Assembly: GCA_021203745.1 (NCBI GenBank)
Contig: JAJQAP010000047.1
Location: 1 to 42,920, forward strand
Length of the DNA stretch: 42,920 nt
Direction of reading: 5' to 3'
DNA from: Coprobacillus sp.
GTDB taxonomy: Bacteria > Bacillota_I > Bacilli_A > RFN20 > CAG-826
Below are positions 15,552-24,160 of the stretch, piece by piece. A program made the position numbers and the translations under genes. Each line of letters begins with the position of its first letter. Positions within the stretch are counted from its first letter, which is position 1. Below the pieces are notes generated by a model. The model saw nothing but the letters and a program-made list of their open reading frames with translations. It made no database searches and had not been told where the DNA came from.

Positions 15552-17058
15552 AAATAAACTTGAATACGGAGATTATCAAACACCAAGGGATTTTTGTCAC
15601 ATAGTCATTTCACTAATCGCAAAAGAATATGATCCAAGTTATGTGTTTGAACCGACTTTTGGTTTGGGCAATTTTCTTGATTCTTGCCGAGAGACATTCA
15701 AAAACGTAGCAACTTTTTACGGGAACGAAATAAATGAAGAGTATTTTGAAAAATACAGCGCAAATAGATATACCGATACAGTCCTATACAACGAAGACAT
15801 ATTCACTTTTGACAACCGCAATATCATAAATGCAATTGGTGATAAACCACTACTAATCATAGGAAATCCTCCGTGGGCCACAAACACAAAGTTATCAATA
15901 GCTAAATCTAAAAACCTGCCAGACAAAAGAAACGAAGACAATCTAAAAGGAATTGATGCTCTTACAGGAAAGAGTAATTTTGATATATCAGAATCAATAA
16001 TCACTGCACTTTTAAAAGGATACGAAAAATGTAACGTATTATTTGCCTTTCTTTGTAAGACACAAGTGGCAACTAACATCATGAAAAAAATAAATGAGTA
16101 TAAACTACGAGATATCAAAATATATAAATTCTCCGCACGGAAAGTGTTTGGGGTGGATGTAGATGCATGCCTATTTACCGCTAAATCATCAAATGGGCCT
16201 AAGCAAGTAGCGTCTGTTTACGATTTAGATAATCCAGCAAAAGAATTGTATAAGATGGGCTATAAGGAAAATAAATTCTATACAAAAATAGATAGCTCAA
16301 TTAAAGATGGAAGGTTTTTCATGGAGTGGCATTCTGGAGTTAAACATGATCTTAAAAAAATCATGGAGCTTGAAAAGATAAATGATGGTTTATATAGAAA
16401 CGGAAATGGAGAGCAAATTGAATTAGAGGAGGATTATATTTATCCGCTTCTAAAAAGCAGTGATTTAAAAAATAACAGAATAAATAACCAAGAAAAATAC
16501 GTCATTATTACGCAAAAACACACAAATGAAAACACAGCAAATATTAAGCAAACTGCGCCTAAATTGTGGACTTATTTAAAAAATAATGAACAATATTTTA
16601 AGCAAAGAAAATCAAAGATTTATAGCAATAAACCTCCCTTTTCAATCTTTGGCGTGGGTCCATATTGTTTCAAAAAATATAAGGTTGCGGTTTCAAGTTT
16701 TTATAAAAACCCTGCATTTATTTTTGTCTCTTCAAATAAGCCTACCTTTTTTGATGATACATGCTATTTTATAAGTTTTGATCATGAAGACGAGGCGATT
16801 ATTACATGCACCTTATTAAATAGTGAGGAGTGCAAAAAGATGCTCGACTCAATTGGATCAAAAGGGAGCAAAAGATTTCTTAATAAAGAAATACTTATGA
16901 GAATAGACCCAGCAAATATAATCGAGTGTTATGACTACGAAAGATTTAAAAAAGAGTGCCAAGCACTCACTCTAAAGAAGATTAGTAAAGAGACATTTGA
17001 TAAATACAAACAGACTATTCTTGACTATCAATATCAGGATGAGAACCAAACCCATTAA
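15526..17058 (+). CDS. Gamma-class N6-adenine DNA methyltransferase (Eco57I/TaqI-like family)
   Basis: 510-aa ORF with motif X GDYQTP, motif I FEPTFGLGNF and motif IV IIGNPPWAT in gamma-class order. A large C-terminal target-recognition region follows. Confidence 0.8.
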   Translation: MGLPKSESKNKLEYGDYQTPRDFCHIVISLIAKEYDPSYVFEPTFGLGNFLDSCRETFKNVATFYGNEINEEYFEKYSANRYTDTVLYNEDIFTFDNRNIINAIGDKPLLIIGNPPWATNTKLSIAKSKNLPDKRNEDNLKGIDALTGKSNFDISESIITALLKGYEKCNVLFAFLCKTQVATNIMKKINEYKLRDIKIYKFSARKVFGVDVDACLFTAKSSNGPKQVASVYDLDNPAKELYKMGYKENKFYTKIDSSIKDGRFFMEWHSGVKHDLKKIMELEKINDGLYRNGNGEQIELEEDYIYPLLKSSDLKNNRINNQEKYVIITQKHTNENTANIKQTAPKLWTYLKNNEQYFKQRKSKIYSNKPPFSIFGVGPYCFKKYKVAVSSFYKNPAFIFVSSNKPTFFDDTCYFISFDHEDEAIITCTLLNSEECKKMLDSIGSKGSKRFLNKEILMRIDPANIIECYDYERFKKECQALTLKKISKETFDKYKQTILDYQYQDENQTH

Positions 17059-17866
17059 ACTGGGCGGATTTTGGATCTGAAAGAGTATGACCTGTATCTA
17101 GTGTCTTGATTAAATCCATATCTTCTTTTGATAATGTAAAGTCAAATATATCAGCATTTGAAATAATGTGATCTTTATTTTTAGAACCAGGTATAATCTG
17201 GTATCCAAGTTCAAGTTGCCATCTTAATAAGATCTGGGCGTTTGTTTTATTAAATTTTTTAGCAATAGAGGTAATTAACTCGTTGTTGATGACATTTTGG
17301 TTTCCGTGACCAAGAGGAGACCATGATTGTAAAAGGATACCTTTGCTTTTTAGGTATTCATTAAATTCTATATGATTACATAAAGGATTAGTTTCAATCT
17401 GGTCCACTACTGGTTTGATCTCACAATTACTAAGGAGGTAATCCAGATCTTCTTGATAGAAGTTAGAAACACCAATAGATCTAATCTTTCCTTCTTTATA
17501 AGCCTTTTCAAGAATTCTATATCCATCTAAATAGCCTGGAGCGGGTGTATGAATAAGCATAAGGTCTATATAGTCTAGTCCAAGTCTTTCTAGAGTCTTA
17601 TCCACAGCGTCTTGTTCGTTGAAGAGCGTCCACCAAAGCTTTGTTTCAACAAAGATATCTTCTCTTTTTAAGCCAGAGGATTTAATCGCTCTCCCCACTG
17701 CCTTCTCATTCATATAAATGTTTGCGGTGTCAATATGTCGATATCCTGCTTTTAAGGCTTCACTTACTGCATACTCACAGTCTGCGGGGGATAAAGTAAA
17801 AGTTCCTAGTCCCATTTTAGGGATTTTATAACCATTTGATAAAGTGTATGTTTCCTTTTTTTCCAT
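17015..17866 (-). CDS. Aldo/keto reductase (2,5-diketo-D-gluconate reductase / YvgN-like)
   Basis: 283-aa ORF. AKR signatures: GLGTF, GYRHIDTA..Y, catalytic Y/K/H context (ETKLW, LMLIHTP), SIGVSNF, and the C-terminal LRW..E.G...IPGS. Confidence 0.88.
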   Translation of the reverse strand: MEKKETYTLSNGYKIPKMGLGTFTLSPADCEYAVSEALKAGYRHIDTANIYMNEKAVGRAIKSSGLKREDIFVETKLWWTLFNEQDAVDKTLERLGLDYIDLMLIHTPAPGYLDGYRILEKAYKEGKIRSIGVSNFYQEDLDYLLSNCEIKPVVDQIETNPLCNHIEFNEYLKSKGILLQSWSPLGHGNQNVINNELITSIAKKFNKTNAQILLRWQLELGYQIIPGSKNKDHIISNADIFDFTLSKEDMDLIKTLDTGHTLSDPKSAQFNGFGSHPDIDSQE

Positions 17867-17985
17867 ACCCCTATATTACCTTAAATAGAGCCAATTTAGA
17901 ATAGCAAAGTAAATAGAAAAGCATTAACTCATTCTTTTTATTAACAACGATTTATGCGAAAAAATATTCACAAGGGATAATTTTT

Positions 17986-18906
17986 ATGTATAATAGGAAT
18001 ATGAAAGAAGGGACGGAATCAATACTTGATGATTTTTTCTACGACGGGTATGACGTCATAGAAGAACTAAAAGGGGGAATGACAAACCACTCTTATTTAG
18101 TGAGGAGTCATGCGGATAAGAGAAAGTATGTCGTCTACGAACCTACAGAGTTTGCTAGTCAAACGATAAATCGAGAAAGAGAACTTAAGGGCATTAGGCT
18201 TGCTTCTAATATGAGAAAAATTACAAGTCTAAATGTCTTTTTTGATAAAAAAAGTGGGGTTAAGATCAATGAGTATATTGAAGGAGTCTCCCTAAATAAA
18301 ACTGATGACTACGATATTAATAAAGTCGCTCATCTATTAAAAAGACTCCACACTATTCAATTAAATTCCTATGATAATGAACTAGATTTTAAAGAAAATA
18401 TCGATTTCTATCTCTCCTTTTTAGAAGATAAGAGTCAAATAGATCCTCGCTTCTTTACAATGCTAGACCAGTTCTATGAGGATACTGTACATATCAATAT
18501 CCAAAAGAAATCATTATGTCATTGTGACTTCCAAAAGAGCAATGTCATTCGTGGTGAAGATGGAAAGTATTATATGATTGATTTTGAGTTTTCCGCGGCT
18601 AACGATAAAATCTACGATATCGCTTGTTTTGCTAACGACGGAAATAGAGAGGAAGGTCTCGCCTTATTAAAAGCGTATTTCCAAGATAATCCAAAGGATA
18701 TCCACTACTACAAGTTCTTCCTCTTTAGGATGTATATATCTTTACAATGGTATCTTCTCGCTCTTATTAAAAAAGACGATAAAGAAAACCAAGAGTTAGG
18801 TATTGATTTTGAAGAGACTGCAAAACGATTCTTTCAAGATGCTTTAGAAGATAAAGAAATACTAGATAAATACTTTAAAGACAGTCAATTAACATCACTC
18901 GACTGA
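17986..18906 (+). CDS. Choline/ethanolamine kinase-family phosphotransferase (APH fold, LicA-like)
   Basis: 306-aa ORF with the Brenner motif LCHCDFQKSN and the metal-binding IDFEFS. An alternative start ATG at 18001 is preceded by AGGA. Confidence 0.7.
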   Translation: MYNRNMKEGTESILDDFFYDGYDVIEELKGGMTNHSYLVRSHADKRKYVVYEPTEFASQTINRERELKGIRLASNMRKITSLNVFFDKKSGVKINEYIEGVSLNKTDDYDINKVAHLLKRLHTIQLNSYDNELDFKENIDFYLSFLEDKSQIDPRFFTMLDQFYEDTVHINIQKKSLCHCDFQKSNVIRGEDGKYYMIDFEFSAANDKIYDIACFANDGNREEGLALLKAYFQDNPKDIHYYKFFLFRMYISLQWYLLALIKKDDKENQELGIDFEETAKRFFQDALEDKEILDKYFKDSQLTSLD

Positions 18907-20790
18907 TTTTAATGATTCATTCATATCGAGTTTCTTAGTCTTTGGATAGAGTAAGAGATTACTAATAAGGGCGCACACTATCATAATAACTAGAGATAGT
19001 ATATAAGAAGTCCATGTGACGTTAGAGGCGCTTCCAAAATCCATTAAGTTACACACTAGCATTGTAACTAGCCAGCCAAGAGGCACCGCTAATAAGGCCC
19101 CAACAACAGATAAGGTAATAATTTCTCTACTTGTATAAAGAAGGCATTCCGTGTCATGGTAACCTAAAACCTTGAGAGTGCATAACTCTCTTTTTCTTTC
19201 GCTGATATTCATATTAACAAGGTTAAACAGGACTAGGATACACAGCAAAGCGGCTAAAATCAGAACAAAGATAGAGATAACCGCAATGGGTTGAGAAACG
19301 GTTCCATATAATGGATCATCCGTGAGGGCTCTTGCGTTATCAAAAAGACCAAAACCAAGGACCACTAAAGCGCCGCTACCCATCACCGATAATATTGTTA
19401 AAATCATATTTTTCTTGTATCTAAAGATATTTCTTATCATTGATTTAATAGAGAAAGAGAGTCTTTTCCATAAACCCTTCCATCTTTCGAGAAAGATTTT
19501 TTTACCAGCTTTAGGGGCTTTAGGAAGTAAAAGAGAGGCGGGACTTTCTTTTAAGTTAGCAAGTATTACCCAAAGACAAATCGCTAAAACAACGACGAGA
19601 AGGATAAAACTAAAGAGAAGTCCTAACCAAATGTTTCCAGAAAACATTAAAGGTCCCATATTAAAGATCTGACTATAGGCAGGATGAATAATCGCAGGTA
19701 AAAGGAATATACCACCCACGATACCTACCAGGGCGCCTATCATAATAACCATAAGGTTAAAGAGAAAATATTTAGATATAATTCTCCCTCTTGATATACC
19801 AAGGGAGTTATAACAGCCAATTATTCCTCTTTCATCGTTAACGAGTCTAGAGGTAGTAATAGAGATAACTAAGGCACACACGAGCATAAAGAAGATAGGT
19901 AAGATAATGGCAATAAGATCAATCTTGTCATTCACACTATCAAAGTAGATAAAACCGACATTATCACTAAAGGTAAGTAGGGCATAATTTTCTCCCTCTA
20001 ACTCCGAGAGTGTTTCATTTAATGACTCTGTTTTTGTATTTATTAGTTTCTTATAATCTCGATGGAAGATTGACACATCTTCGTTATAACGCAAAGCAAT
20101 TTCATTAACAGGAATGTTCCCAAATAGATTAAAAGCATCGTATTCACTATCGGTATAGATAATAACATCTAGATAGTCTTCTATTTCTTCTAATTCTGAA
20201 CCCATATTTTCAGTTAGCATTGGTTCATCCACAAACGAACTATATAAAGGAGAGCTAACTATACCCACCACTTCTAAAGACATAGATACATTTAAACCTA
20301 GGCTTTCATACATAAAGTTATTAAAGGTAATAACATCTCCAACTTGATAGTTGATTAGATATCCATTTGGCTTATTAATTAGACATTCACTAGAGGAGGC
20401 AGGATATCTACCCTCTTCAAGAGCGAGGGTATTAACCTCTCTATTTTGAAGTTTTCCATCATAGAATCTAGCGTTTATCTTTTCCTTAGTGTCTAATGTT
20501 ATAGTGTAGTCCGCACTAAAATAAGCCTCATATGCAATTAGATCACTTTCATTATCAATAAGACTATTGACAGTATCTTCTTTAAAACCAGTATCCTCTG
20601 TACTTTTAAGGAGAAAATCACTGACATTTTCTTGTTGGATTCCTTCATTGTAGCTTTTTTCCATCGCTGAAGTTGTGACTCCTAATCCAGAACATAAGAG
20701 TAAAGAAACAGCGATAATACAAATAATAAGGGCCATTCTCCCTTTGTTATCTTTAAACATTCTCCAAATAGTTTTAGTAAAAGTTTTCAT
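18895..20790 (-). CDS. ABC transporter permease, FtsX/MacB-type (large extracytoplasmic domain, two FtsX-like TM bundles)
   Basis: 631-aa ORF. It has an N-terminal TM, a ~250-aa hydrophilic loop, and then multiple TM segments in two blocks. It starts 3 nt downstream of the stop of the cognate ATPase gene. Confidence 0.8.
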   Translation of the reverse strand: MKTFTKTIWRMFKDNKGRMALIICIIAVSLLLCSGLGVTTSAMEKSYNEGIQQENVSDFLLKSTEDTGFKEDTVNSLIDNESDLIAYEAYFSADYTITLDTKEKINARFYDGKLQNREVNTLALEEGRYPASSSECLINKPNGYLINYQVGDVITFNNFMYESLGLNVSMSLEVVGIVSSPLYSSFVDEPMLTENMGSELEEIEDYLDVIIYTDSEYDAFNLFGNIPVNEIALRYNEDVSIFHRDYKKLINTKTESLNETLSELEGENYALLTFSDNVGFIYFDSVNDKIDLIAIILPIFFMLVCALVISITTSRLVNDERGIIGCYNSLGISRGRIISKYFLFNLMVIMIGALVGIVGGIFLLPAIIHPAYSQIFNMGPLMFSGNIWLGLLFSFILLVVVLAICLWVILANLKESPASLLLPKAPKAGKKIFLERWKGLWKRLSFSIKSMIRNIFRYKKNMILTILSVMGSGALVVLGFGLFDNARALTDDPLYGTVSQPIAVISIFVLILAALLCILVLFNLVNMNISERKRELCTLKVLGYHDTECLLYTSREIITLSVVGALLAVPLGWLVTMLVCNLMDFGSASNVTWTSYILSLVIMIVCALISNLLLYPKTKKLDMNESLKSVE

Positions 20791-20792
20791 CT

Positions 20793-21500
20793 TTACCAGG
20801 AAATCTCTTCTATTGGAGTAGGGTTATCGTTAGTTACAACGCTTTCGATTTGCCCATTTTTAATATGTATAACTTTATCTCCCATACCTGAAAGAGCGGA
20901 GTTATGGGTGACAATAATAACTGTTTTATTATGGTTTTTGGCAAAATCCTGTAAGATCTTTAAAACTTCCTTACCGGTATTATAATCAAGCGCGCCTGTC
21001 GGTTCATCGCATAAAACGATCTCTGGGTTTTTGCAGATTGCTCTTGCAATCGATACACGTTGTTGTTCCCCACCACTTAGTTGGGCAGGGAAGTTATCTA
21101 GTCTATCTCCTAGTCCTAACTGTTCTAGTGTTTCTTTAGGAGAGAAAGAATCCTTTTTTAACTCAGAAGCTAGTTCAACGTTCTCTTCTGCGGTTAGATT
21201 AGGCATAAGGTTATAGAACTGGAAAACAAAACCAACATCGTTACGACGATAATCGGTTAGTTGTTTCTTACTAAACCGGGCAATATCATTACCATTTATT
21301 AAAAGCTCACCACTGGTGACTGTATCCATTCCACCGATTAAGTTTAATAGGGTTGTTTTACCCGCACCAGATGGTCCTAACACGACGAGGAGTTCTCCTC
21401 TGTTGACAGTAAAAGAAATATCATCGATTGCCCTAACACTAATAGAGCCGGTGACATAATCCTTCACTAGATGCTTTGCTTCTAGGATTGGCTTTTCCAT
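20793..21500 (-). CDS. ABC transporter ATP-binding protein (MacB/LolD-like)
   Basis: 235-aa ORF with Walker [11 protein letters not shown]-loop, signature LSGGEQQRV, Walker [13 protein letters not shown] and H-loop VTHN. Confidence 0.92.
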   Translation of the reverse strand: MEKPILEAKHLVKDYVTGSISVRAIDDISFTVNRGELLVVLGPSGAGKTTLLNLIGGMDTVTSGELLINGNDIARFSKKQLTDYRRNDVGFVFQFYNLMPNLTAEENVELASELKKDSFSPKETLEQLGLGDRLDNFPAQLSGGEQQRVSIARAICKNPEIVLCDEPTGALDYNTGKEVLKILQDFAKNHNKTVIIVTHNSALSGMGDKVIHIKNGQIESVVTNDNPTPIEEISW

Positions 21501-21532
21501 ACCTTCATTGTACTCCTAAATTGTTAAAGATA

Positions 21533-21568
21533 GGTAAACAAAAAGGTTAGAAATGAATCTAACCTTTT
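21533..21568 (-). terminator. Rho-independent terminator after the lipoprotein gene
   Basis: On the minus strand: AAAAGGTTAGA-ttcatt-TCTAACCTTTT followed by TGTTT. Confidence 0.6.
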
Positions 21569-21592
21569 AGTATAAATTAGTATAACTAACTA

Positions 21593-22765
21593 TTATAGAG
21601 CAGCAATGAATTCTGTGATGCTTGAAACGCCAGTAGTCCAAGTGCCCGCAGTAGAATCTTCTTGGTGAGAAGTTGATGATAAATCATATTCTACAGTATA
21701 GACAGCATAACCAGTATCATTCTTTGGAATAGTAATTGTACCTGTCGATACATTAATATCAGTATCACTCACCCAAATCCAATACGAGTCTGTCTGTCCA
21801 GATGTTAAAGTTCCTGGGGTGGATGTATAGATACAAGTCTTGTTGGTAGTTCCTGTTGTGGCATTGGTGCCAGTTGTTTTTGTTGATCCGTTGAATACTG
21901 CTTTACCACCTTGAATTTCATATGTATTTGATATTGTAGCGGAACCACTGTCGAGGAAGACGATATAGAATTCTGTTTCAGTGGCACTTGGATCTTCCCC
22001 AAACTTTTCTTCAAAGTTATAGCAGTTTAAGAGTGGATAATAATGGGTTCCACCACTAACGGCAGTGGTAGCGATTGTAAATGTAAAATTATCACTTCTA
22101 ATTGGATTCCAACTGTTACCAACACAAATCATAAATTCATGAGAACCACCAATAACGGAACTTAAAGTAATAGAATAGGCAACATTACCAGAAGCATCTG
22201 TGGTTTCAGTTAAGGCAGTGTAACCACCCCAATCCCACCAACCATCCGAGTTCCATGTTCCATCATAATCACCCGTAATATAGAGGGTGTCACCATCTAA
22301 AGCTTTCTGAACTTGTAGATTTTCATCGTAAAGCGTAAACACAAGAGTGTAGTTTGTATAAGTAATGGTGGAATCTCCTGCATCATCAGGAACATCTTCA
22401 CTGATACCACCACCGACAATCACTGTCGCATTTGCGGTATAACCACCATCATTTGTCGTTAGTGTTAGTGTGCCAACTCCAATTGATACACCAGTAAATG
22501 AACCTTGCTCACTATCCACTGTAAAGATATCTTCATTTGAACTTTCTAGTGTGTAGGTTTGATCTGCTGGATAGGTGGGGGTGAATTCCACAAAAGACTT
22601 GAGGAAATAAGTCTCACCAATATCAACATTAAAAGTGTCTTGTGTTAATCTTACTCCTTCAACTGATCCTTCGCCTTTAATCGCGGAGTTACCACCTGAG
22701 GTAGAACAACCCGCAAGGACAAGAGAAAGAGCTAAACACGCACTTAAAAGAAATTTCTTTTTCAT
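21593..22765 (-). CDS. Surface lipoprotein with Big_2 (bacterial Ig-like) domain and Thr/Gly-rich C-terminal region
   Basis: 390-aa ORF with signal peptide plus lipobox LVLAGC. Big_2-like segment: TYTLESSNEDIFTVDSEQGSFTGVSIGVGTLTLTTNDGGYTANATVIV. Confidence 0.7.
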   Translation of the reverse strand: MKKKFLLSACLALSLVLAGCSTSGGNSAIKGEGSVEGVRLTQDTFNVDIGETYFLKSFVEFTPTYPADQTYTLESSNEDIFTVDSEQGSFTGVSIGVGTLTLTTNDGGYTANATVIVGGGISEDVPDDAGDSTITYTNYTLVFTLYDENLQVQKALDGDTLYITGDYDGTWNSDGWWDWGGYTALTETTDASGNVAYSITLSSVIGGSHEFMICVGNSWNPIRSDNFTFTIATTAVSGGTHYYPLLNCYNFEEKFGEDPSATETEFYIVFLDSGSATISNTYEIQGGKAVFNGSTKTTGTNATTGTTNKTCIYTSTPGTLTSGQTDSYWIWVSDTDINVSTGTITIPKNDTGYAVYTVEYDLSSTSHQEDSTAGTWTTGVSSITEFIAAL

Positions 22766-22897
22766 AATAGTATTTCTCCTTAATTAACATAAAAATACAT
22801 AGACATAACTAGTAAAGGTACTATGTATTTCTTTCTGACTTTATTTTACTCACATTAAAAGTTTTTTCAAGTTTTATATATAAATATAAAGGGTAAA

Positions 22898-22920
22898 GAA
22901 AAAAGTAAGCAGTGCTTACT
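22898..22920 (-). terminator. Rho-independent terminator after tRNA-Gln(CTG)
   Basis: On the minus strand: AGTAAGC-act-GCTTACT followed by TTTTTTCTTT. Confidence 0.65.
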
Positions 22921-22931
22921 AATTCCTTTTG

Positions 22932-23007
22932 TGGCTGGGGTACTAGGATTCGAACCTAGGAAATCTTGGGTTCAGAGCCCAATGCCTTACCGCTTGGCCA
23001 TACCCCA
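22932..23007 (-). tRNA. tRNA-Gln (anticodon CTG)
   Basis: The reverse complement folds with acceptor TGGGGTA/TACCCCA. Anticodon stem TTGGG/CCCAA with loop CTCTGAA. T-arm CTAGG-TTCGAAT-CCTAG. GCCA 3' end. Confidence 0.85.
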
Positions 23008-23008
23008 A

Positions 23009-23323
23009 TTAGAAATACTCCTCTGTTAGACCTTTGGCGGCTTTGATACGATCATAATCCGCCATCCTAACTTCGGTGACTTCGCTAACTTCGTCGGTGA
23101 CAACATCGGTGACAACACCGGTGATATCATCCATCGCTAGAAAGCAATCTTGACATGCACCTGTTAAGATAACATAAACGATCCCTTCTTCATAAGAAAT
23201 GAATTCGATGTCTCCTCCTTCCCTTTGAAGGAAGAATCTTAACTTTTCAATGCATTTTTTGATGTCGGTAATGATTTCGTTTTCACTTCGACATGATTCA
23301 GTTTTTGCTTCTTCTTGTTCCAT
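23009..23323 (-). CDS. NifU-like (Nfu C-terminal domain) Fe-S cluster scaffold/carrier protein
   Basis: 104-aa ORF with REGGDIEF...VYVILTGACQDC (CxxC), typical of the NifU C-terminal domain. Confidence 0.8.
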   Translation of the reverse strand: MEQEEAKTESCRSENEIITDIKKCIEKLRFFLQREGGDIEFISYEEGIVYVILTGACQDCFLAMDDITGVVTDVVTDEVSEVTEVRMADYDRIKAAKGLTEEYF

Positions 23324-23368
23324 CTTTAATATAATAACACAAACAATGTTTAATTTATAATTAAATGC

Positions 23369-24160
23369 TTATAAGAGAATATTTTCTTTTCGGTTACAGA
23401 TAATATAACCATCATGGTTATAAACATCTTCTTTGTTATATTTAATTATCTCTCCCTCTGGGGTTTGAAACACTCCACCCGCCTCTAAAACAATAATTTG
23501 GATAGCGGCGCTATCCCATTCTTTAGTGTTTGGATTTAAGCGATAAGAGAGATCCGCTTTACCCTCTGCAATAAGACAAGCCTTAATTGAAGAACCACAA
23601 CTTGCAACACGTTCTATCTTTTCGTGGTAAAAATCGATTTTTGCTTGTTCTTCTTCCGTCTTATGAAAGACAGAGGTAAGAACCACTAAATGGTCGACTC
23701 TATCTGAGACATGGATTTTTGTGGTCACTCCACTATCGAACTTATAAGCTCCCTCTCCTTTAACCGCGTAGTATATGACGTCTTCACAAGGGATTAAAAC
23801 AACCCCAAGAACTAACTCTCCTTTATAAGAAAGGGCAATATTAATCGTAAATTCATCGTCATGAGCGATAAAGTTTTTTGTGCCGTCAAGTGGATCCACT
23901 ATCCAGACATAATCTTTTGTGAGTCGATCTAGACTACCTTCCTCTTCAATAGACTCTTCGGTTAATAGTCCATAACTAGGATATTTCTCTTTTAGGTAAT
24001 CGTGAATTAGTTTATCACTACTTTTATCGGCGATTGTCACGGGGGAGTTATCGCTTTTTGTTTCGACAGAAAAATCCGCATGCATATAAACATCAAGCAC
24101 CACTTTCTGTGCTTCTCTAATTATATATAAGGCGTCATTAAGTTCTTTTGAATAGGTCAT
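23369..24160 (-). CDS. Inositol monophosphatase-family phosphatase (SuhB/CysQ-like, possible 3'-phosphoadenosine-5'-phosphate phosphatase)
   Basis: 263-aa ORF with family motifs LTEE (metal ligand), WIVDPLDGTKNF and WDSAA. Its start overlaps the nrnA stop by 4 nt. Confidence 0.8.
   Translation of the reverse strand: MTYSKELNDALYIIREAQKVVLDVYMHADFSVETKSDNSPVTIADKSSDKLIHDYLKEKYPSYGLLTEESIEEEGSLDRLTKDYVWIVDPLDGTKNFIAHDDEFTINIALSYKGELVLGVVLIPCEDVIYYAVKGEGAYKFDSGVTTKIHVSDRVDHLVVLTSVFHKTEEEQAKIDFYHEKIERVASCGSSIKACLIAEGKADLSYRLNPNTKEWDSAAIQIIVLEAGGVFQTPEGEIIKYNKEDVYNHDGYIICNRKENILL

Noticed and set aside
22795-22828. 8-bp inverted repeat ATACATAG...CTATGTAT with an 18-nt loop, upstream of the lipoprotein gene.
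   Set aside because: The arms are short with a long spacer, and there is no second copy or known motif. The evidence is not enough to call it an operator.
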